Source: a virus
DNA length: 64,000 nucleotides
Direction: 5' to 3' (one strand)
Virus record (IMG/VR): IMGVR_UViG_3300029258_003546
Coordinates: 1 to 64,000 of that record
Below are positions 58,528 through 64,000 of the stretch, piece by piece. A program made the position numbers and the translations under genes. The notes under the pieces were generated by a model. It was given only the letters and a program-made list of their open reading frames with translations, was not told the origin of the DNA and did no database searches. Position 1 is the stretch's first letter. Each line of letters starts with the position of its first letter.

Positions 58528-59628
58528 GTGGCAGCTGCACTTGAGGCTTTGTGGTTGAAGGTCTTTATCAAGGTTCCCAATATCGTACTGTCGGGCGGCA
58601 TAAAGGTGGCGTTTCAGCTGGCCCGGCTTTTCCTCGACAAAGGGCACGAGGCGTTTGTTTGCACACCTGACGGCGCCAGGCGCAGGGCCAATTACTTTTT
58701 GCGGGCTAGATCTGTACCGATTATTCCTCTGCGGAAGGTGCCGGAGATGAGCGGACCTTCCGATCTCAGCATAGACAACTGGCCGAGCAGTCAGATGCGG
58801 AGCATATCTAATCGAACGAAAGGCTTCCGTGTCTTCTATTCACAGGGCTGCTCCAACTACAATTCATCTTTCCGTAAGGGTTTTGATGTCAGCTACTTAG
58901 ACAGGCCTAACGGGTGGGGCATTGATATGGGCTGGGCTGTCAGCCAGCCCTCGCTAGCTTGGTTGCGCAAGGCTCATCCTACGCAGGGCTGGTATTACGT
59001 GCCGCCTTACTTTGAGCACGCGTGTATGGCTGAGCTTTGCAAGGATGCGCCCGCGCCCAGCTCCAGTTCGGTATTAACATACGATCACAAAGGTCGGCCG
59101 TACTGGCACCGTATTTACGATACGTATCGTCAGCGCCAGTTCCCCGCAGGCACGGTTACGTTTGGCCGCATCAAGCGTCCTATGTCCGAGATGGACGTGT
59201 ACCGAATGTGTTGTCGCTACGGCATTTTCTTGGCTACTGCGGATGATCCCAGGTGCGGCTCGAATCAATATGACGGGCCTGGCGGCGTAAATGGTAGCGG
59301 GCATAATCGCATGGAAGGGTTTCCTTTGCCTCCAGCTGAAGCCGCGTTGCTAGGTTGTTGTGTTGCAGGCTGGGCGATGGGTGGTGGTCGTGAGTGGATG
59401 GATAGTACGTCCTGCTTCCTAGCGGCTGACCCGGATTACAGGGCTGGTCACAGGTTTGATCAGGTGGCATATGCTGGCCTGTGCAAGGTTCTTGAGGACG
59501 CGCTGAACGCTGACGGGTCTGTGCGTGCTGCAAAGGTTGCAGCGGCCAGGAAGAAGTTGAGTCGGTTCACAGCAGAGCATACATGGCATCACGTCGAGGT
59601 GGCGCTGAAATCGGCAGGTGTACTGTGA
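58528..59628 (+). CDS. GT-B glycosyltransferase (family 4-like)
   Basis: SGG.KV N-terminus; EGFPLPPAEA..GC motif. Confidence 0.8.
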   Translation: MAAALEALWLKVFIKVPNIVLSGGIKVAFQLARLFLDKGHEAFVCTPDGARRRANYFLRARSVPIIPLRKVPEMSGPSDLSIDNWPSSQMRSISNRTKGFRVFYSQGCSNYNSSFRKGFDVSYLDRPNGWGIDMGWAVSQPSLAWLRKAHPTQGWYYVPPYFEHACMAELCKDAPAPSSSSVLTYDHKGRPYWHRIYDTYRQRQFPAGTVTFGRIKRPMSEMDVYRMCCRYGIFLATADDPRCGSNQYDGPGGVNGSGHNRMEGFPLPPAEAALLGCCVAGWAMGGGREWMDSTSCFLAADPDYRAGHRFDQVAYAGLCKVLEDALNADGSVRAAKVAAARKKLSRFTAEHTWHHVEVALKSAGVL

Positions 59629-60401
59629 TCAAGCTATCTATTGCTACCTGTGTGAAGAATCGGTTTGAGCATTTCAAGCAGATGGTGCGGATCAGGGCGA
59701 TTTGGAGCTGGTGGTAACAGACTTCATATCGGATGACGGCGACTATGCAGCGGTCTTGCAAGAGGCCAGCGTGGAAACCGTATATTTGCGGGTGCCTATT
59801 CCCTTCCTGCAGTCCAGAGGTTTGAACACCTCGTTCCATGTGGCTTCTGGTCCGGTGGTGTTTTTCTGTGATTGTGATATTCTACTGTCACGCGAGTTTA
59901 TTGATCGGCTGTTAAGCGTGGTCAAGCCTGGTGTGGCTTATTTTCCTATCTGCTGGGCTTCGCCGTCTTCCGGGTCTACGAAGTGGTACTGGCGCACCGG
60001 AGCTTATGGCTTGTGCGCTTTTACGAAGCCTGATTTTCTGCGCTTCGGGCCGTGGAATGAAAAGGCTGCGACATGGGGTTATATAGACAATCAGTTGTTG
60101 GCTAAGTGTAAAGGTTCCATAAAAATAGTCAGGGAGAAGGTGCCGGATTTGGTGCACATGTGGCATCCGCACACGAAGACGGATGTGAACTGGTATTATG
60201 GAGGTCTAAGATGAAGTTTTTTATCATAACCGTGTGCAGGGATGGTGCCAAGTTTTTGCCACAATGCGTCGGCAGCGTGCTGAGTCAAGCTCGTGCCGAT
60301 TGGACCATGGACAAGGCTTTTTATCTGCTCGAGGTGGCGCTGAAATCGGCAGGTGTACTGTGATCAAGCTATCTATTGCTACCTGTGTGAAGAATCGGTT
60401 T
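59594..60401 (+). repeat. 73-bp exact direct repeat (59594-59666 and 60329-60401)
   Basis: tcgaggtggcgctgaaatcggcaggtgtactgtgatcaagctatctattgctacctgtgtgaagaatcggttt occurs twice. Confidence 0.85.
59625..60214 (+). pseudogene. GT-A (GT2/GT7-like) glycosyltransferase, frameshifted near the N-terminus
   Basis: LVVTDF.S.D, SRGLN, FCDCD, WG..D, H.WH; lacks 16 nt present in the duplicate at 60360 that would restore the frame. Confidence 0.6.
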
Positions 60402-60541
60402 TCCTACTTCCAGCAGATGGTGAGGTTCATCGACGAAGCGGATCAGCGGGTGATAAGGGAACGCAGCTCTGGACTCGTGCACATGTGGCATGATCCTGCT
60501 AGAGCGGCTAAAGACAAGTACTATCGTGGAGGGATTAGGTA

Positions 60542-62341
60542 GTGTTCTTCATTGTTACAGCGTGCAGGGATTGTGCTAAGTTTTTGCCGGAATGTGTGGG
60601 TAGTGTGTTGAAGCAGCGCCGTATTGACTGGCGGATGTGCATAGCGGTTGACGATGTTGGAAGTGATGTTGGCGCTGCTACTCTGCGCGTAGCGCGAAAA
60701 TTGGCGGAGCAATCACCACGGATATTAGTGATTTCTAACCAGGACAGGCTGCATGCGCTGCGGACACGCGTGGACGCGATCGACAGATTTTGCCCACACG
60801 ATGCTATAGTAGTAAAGCTGGATGGAGATGATTACCTCTATGACAGCGAAGTATTGTCGGTACTGGCCAAAGAGTATACTGATCCGGAGATGGATGCGGT
60901 ATGGACGCAGTTCGTAACCGTGGCTGGAAAGAAGGGGTTTTGTGGGCCTCTCCCGGAAAATGCTAATCCCGCTTCCCACAAATGGGTCTCGTCACACTTA
61001 CAGACGTTTCGTAAGCGTGCGTTGTGGGGGGTGAGGCGAGAATGCTTTGTCGATAATGCTGGCAAATGGTGGTCTCATGCTACTGATCAGGCGCTATACT
61101 TGCCTATCCTAGCGGTTGCGCGCAAGAGGAGGTTCGTCGATAAGGTTTGCTACGTGTACCGGGTTCGTGGGACTGACAATACTCGCGCTGCGCAGAATAA
61201 GACGGCTGCGGAGATACGCAGCAAGATTAAAACTTCATTGGTCTTTGCCAGAAAAAACGTATTATTTATGATAAGCGGACCAGGGAGGGCGAGGGACGCG
61301 CGCCTCTACTACAACGAGAAGCGGCCGTTTCTCGGCGTGTTGAACATGTCGTCGCATTTGCGCGCTAGAGGGCATCGTGTTCGGTTGGTTGACAGGCACC
61401 TGAAACCAGCTTGGTTCCCGTCTGACGAGATCTTGTTGGACTGGGCTGACATAGTCGGGATATACATCTCTACTCCTGCTAAAAATGACGGATGTGCGCT
61501 GATCAAGGATGTCAGGGATAAGGGTTTCGGCGGACCTGTGTATACTGGTGGGCCGCATAGTGTGCTGCATCCAGAAGCGGTCAGGTCTGCCGGTGCTGAT
61601 TTTGTGAGTACATTTGAGGCTGACTATGCAATATCTCGGCTAGTAGAAACAGGGAGTGCTGCTCCCTCCGGCAAGAGGGTGCTCGATCTAGACAGCTTGC
61701 CGTTTCCTGACTATGCGTTGGTGAAGGAGCAAGGGCTCTCTTATACAGCCAAGTGGCCGTATGACGGTACAGCCCCCGTGATGAGTCTCAACTCATCACG
61801 CAGCTGTCCATATAGCTGCGCATTTTGCGAGACGCGTAGGATATGGGGCAGGGAGTGGTACGCACAGAGTCCACAGAGGATGCTGCTGGATGCGGATTAT
61901 ATGTATCGGAAGTACCGGCCCAAGGGAATTTACTACAGGGAATCGAATTTTGGTTGTAATCGAACTAGGGTGACCATGTTCTGCGACTTACTCAAAAAGC
62001 ACGGGCCAGATGTGAGGTGGGCCTGTGAAATACGTGCCGACAGGGTGTGCGATGAGTCTTTGGTATCTAAGATGTCTGAGGCCGGTTGTAGGGGGTTTTA
62101 TATTGGGGCCGAGGCTGCGACTGATAGGTTGCTTAAGCAGATGAATAAAGGCATTACTGTGGCGCAGATTCGCAAGGCCTGTAAGAATGCGTCCAAGTAC
62201 GGGGTGAAGGTAGCCTTGAGTTTTGTGACGGACTTTCCTGGGGAGACGCAGGAGGATATCAAGGCCCGGGCTGTTCTGATCAAGGGTGTGCAGAAAGCGG
62301 TACACTGGTGCAATAAGTACCGTGCTACGTCTGATTTCTAG
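60542..62341 (+). CDS. GT2 glycosyltransferase fused to a B12-binding radical SAM domain
   Basis: N-terminal GT2 (VDD, LDGDD, SHL.TF); GGPH, DLD.LPFPD, SRSCPYSCAFC, GAE...R.L..M.KG, PGET. Confidence 0.88.
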   Translation: MFFIVTACRDCAKFLPECVGSVLKQRRIDWRMCIAVDDVGSDVGAATLRVARKLAEQSPRILVISNQDRLHALRTRVDAIDRFCPHDAIVVKLDGDDYLYDSEVLSVLAKEYTDPEMDAVWTQFVTVAGKKGFCGPLPENANPASHKWVSSHLQTFRKRALWGVRRECFVDNAGKWWSHATDQALYLPILAVARKRRFVDKVCYVYRVRGTDNTRAAQNKTAAEIRSKIKTSLVFARKNVLFMISGPGRARDARLYYNEKRPFLGVLNMSSHLRARGHRVRLVDRHLKPAWFPSDEILLDWADIVGIYISTPAKNDGCALIKDVRDKGFGGPVYTGGPHSVLHPEAVRSAGADFVSTFEADYAISRLVETGSAAPSGKRVLDLDSLPFPDYALVKEQGLSYTAKWPYDGTAPVMSLNSSRSCPYSCAFCETRRIWGREWYAQSPQRMLLDADYMYRKYRPKGIYYRESNFGCNRTRVTMFCDLLKKHGPDVRWACEIRADRVCDESLVSKMSEAGCRGFYIGAEAATDRLLKQMNKGITVAQIRKACKNASKYGVKVALSFVTDFPGETQEDIKARAVLIKGVQKAVHWCNKYRATSDF

Positions 62342-62358
62342 AGTAGGAGGTTGTTTTA

Positions 62359-62916
62359 ATGGGTGAGAAGCAGGTGGTAGGGCAGAGCCGCTTGTTGAAA
62401 GCGGACTTTCCGGCGCTGCTGGCAAACCTACCCTCGACCGGCAGGGTGGCTGAGATCGGAACTTGGCAGGGAAATTCTGTAGCTCGTTTAGCGAGATCGA
62501 GGCCCGATCTTGAATTCGTGTGTATTGATACGTTTGCGGTTCTGCCGGAGTATGACCAGCTGCAAGAGCGGAAGCCTGCACAGCGCATGGCGCTGTGGTT
62601 CGAAAATAAAAGGCCGAACATGACGTTGTTTGTGGGCGACACAAGTAAGTGGTCGGAGCTCAGATTGGGGGGCTGGTTTGGTTTAATCATTATAGACGGA
62701 GAGCACTCTCGTGCGGCGGTGAGGCAAGATATGTGTTGGGCTTCAGAGCATCTAACAAATGATGGGCGGATTCTGCTGCACGACTGGAAACGCGAAGTTA
62801 TTCGTGCGGGCTTTTCGGATTGTGGCGCTGCGGAGATTACAGGTACTCCTTCTGGGTGGGGCCTAGCCCAGTTGAAGTGCGAGTATAGGAGAGGCAGACA
62901 GCTGGAAGATCGATGA
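62359..62916 (+). CDS. Class I SAM methyltransferase (Methyltransf_24-like)
   Basis: EIGTWQG.S, CIDTF, IDGEH, HD. Confidence 0.85.
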   Translation: MGEKQVVGQSRLLKADFPALLANLPSTGRVAEIGTWQGNSVARLARSRPDLEFVCIDTFAVLPEYDQLQERKPAQRMALWFENKRPNMTLFVGDTSKWSELRLGGWFGLIIIDGEHSRAAVRQDMCWASEHLTNDGRILLHDWKREVIRAGFSDCGAAEITGTPSGWGLAQLKCEYRRGRQLEDR

Positions 62917-63767
62917 GTATTGCTGAGGGCCGTAAACTAGGGGTACCGGTACTGCTGGTGGCTTTTCGCCGGCCAGCCTGCACGCGTCAGGCACTTGCTG
63001 GTATTCGTGCTGCAGAGCCTGCTCATTTCAGGGCGGCGGCCGACTATGATGGTACCCAGGCCTGCTTGGCGACCAGAGAGATTATCAAGAAAGGGGTTGA
63101 CTGGCCTTGTGATTTCAAGGCGGATATGCCGCAGAGTCGTATGGGGCTTAAGTGTAGGGTGGTGAGTGCGATAGACTGGGTTTTAGGTGAGTTTGACCGG
63201 GTGATTGTAGTAGAGGATGACTGCGTGCTCCATCCCTCATTTTTCCGCTTCTGCGAGGAGCTGCTGCATCGTTACCAGAACGATAAGAGAGTGATGCATA
63301 TTTCAGCCTTGAATGTGCTATATGGGTCTGGCACTAATACGTCTGACAGCTACTACTTCTCTCAGCGCTTCCACTGTTGGGGCTGGGCTACGTGGCGCCG
63401 GGCTTGGCGGCACAACGATCCGGGCATGTCAGACTGGGATGCAGTGATCAAGTCAGATCTATTACGGCGTACGGCTAGCCACCCTAGGCTGGCAGCACAC
63501 AGGCATAAGAACCTGACTATGATCAAGGCTGGTAAGCTGGCTACCTGGGATTTCCAGTGGGGCTTGTCATGCCTGAAGCGCAACGGCCTGGCGGTCATTC
63601 CCAGGGTGAATGCGGTTCACAATATTGGTTTTGGTGTGGGTGCTACACATTCTCGCAGGCGCCCCCCGTTTGCCCGCAAAGCGCTTGCTACAGGCTTTCC
63701 CTTGAGACATCCGTCAGAGGTGGAGAAGAATATAGGATTAGAGCGGTCTAGCTGCAGATTTCTGTGA
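62913..63767 (+). CDS. GT-A glycosyltransferase (HlpA-like/nucleotide-diphospho-sugar transferase)
   Basis: F.RP..T, AIDW, VVEDDC, WGWATWRRAW, WDFQW, NIGFG. Confidence 0.85.
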   Translation: MSIAEGRKLGVPVLLVAFRRPACTRQALAGIRAAEPAHFRAAADYDGTQACLATREIIKKGVDWPCDFKADMPQSRMGLKCRVVSAIDWVLGEFDRVIVVEDDCVLHPSFFRFCEELLHRYQNDKRVMHISALNVLYGSGTNTSDSYYFSQRFHCWGWATWRRAWRHNDPGMSDWDAVIKSDLLRRTASHPRLAAHRHKNLTMIKAGKLATWDFQWGLSCLKRNGLAVIPRVNAVHNIGFGVGATHSRRRPPFARKALATGFPLRHPSEVEKNIGLERSSCRFL

Positions 63768-63776
63768 GGATGCGGT

Positions 63777-64000
63777 ATGGATGCCGTTGTGATGTTAGAC
63801 TCGGTAGGCTATAAGTTTTCGCACAAGGCGTTTGGTGGCTTCTTTCATGCAACCAATTGTGTAGCTACCAGCAACTGGACATTGCCGTCTGTGGTGTCTA
63901 TGCTCACAGGCAAGGAATCGGCCGAGCACGGCGTGCATATGAGGCCCAATGTGCGGAATCCGTGGGTGGGCAGAGTGGTTCGGACCGACAAGGTCAGGCT
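63777..64000 (+). CDS. Sulfatase/alkaline-phosphatase superfamily protein (partial, runs off the window)
   Basis: Translated by hand: MDAVVMLDSV...SNWTLPSVVSMLTGK...HGV. Confidence 0.7.
   Translation, partial: MDAVVMLDSVGYKFSHKAFGGFFHATNCVATSNWTLPSVVSMLTGKESAEHGVHMRPNVRNPWVGRVVRTDKVR

Overview
A 64-kb segment of a large dsDNA phage genome, almost all coded on the + strand. Layout: (i) 1-5.3 kb, a run of small modular accessory genes. (ii) 5.3-16.3 kb, an RNA-rich island. It holds a Ro60/TROVE gene followed by five Y-RNA-like units, an RNA ligase, a Pol-beta-type nucleotidyltransferase, a Thg1-like 3'-5' polymerase and about nine tRNA-shaped RNAs with variable inserts. Most notably, it holds a nuclease-less Nop/IS110-like protein (TasA-like, 15413-16252) directly preceded by an array of hairpins that each enclose two 8-nt variable spacers framed as CCA-N8-GAG. 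A second, orphan array with the same grammar lies at 5.35-5.54 kb. Together these match a stem-loop TIGR-Tas RNA-guided system. (iii) A Ycf46-like AAA ATPase, terminase large subunit, SbcCD, SF2 and DnaB helicases, primase, UDG-PolA fusion and RecA. (iv) A probable origin at about 54.7-55.1 kb with two perfect palindromes. (v) A glycosyltransferase/radical SAM/methyltransferase/sulfatase cluster at the right end. About 33 short Ser/Arg/Cys-rich ORFs and a dispersed TTGCTAGGACTAGCAA palindrome recur across the window. All calls were made by eye from motifs and base-pairing; no searches or folding programs were run.
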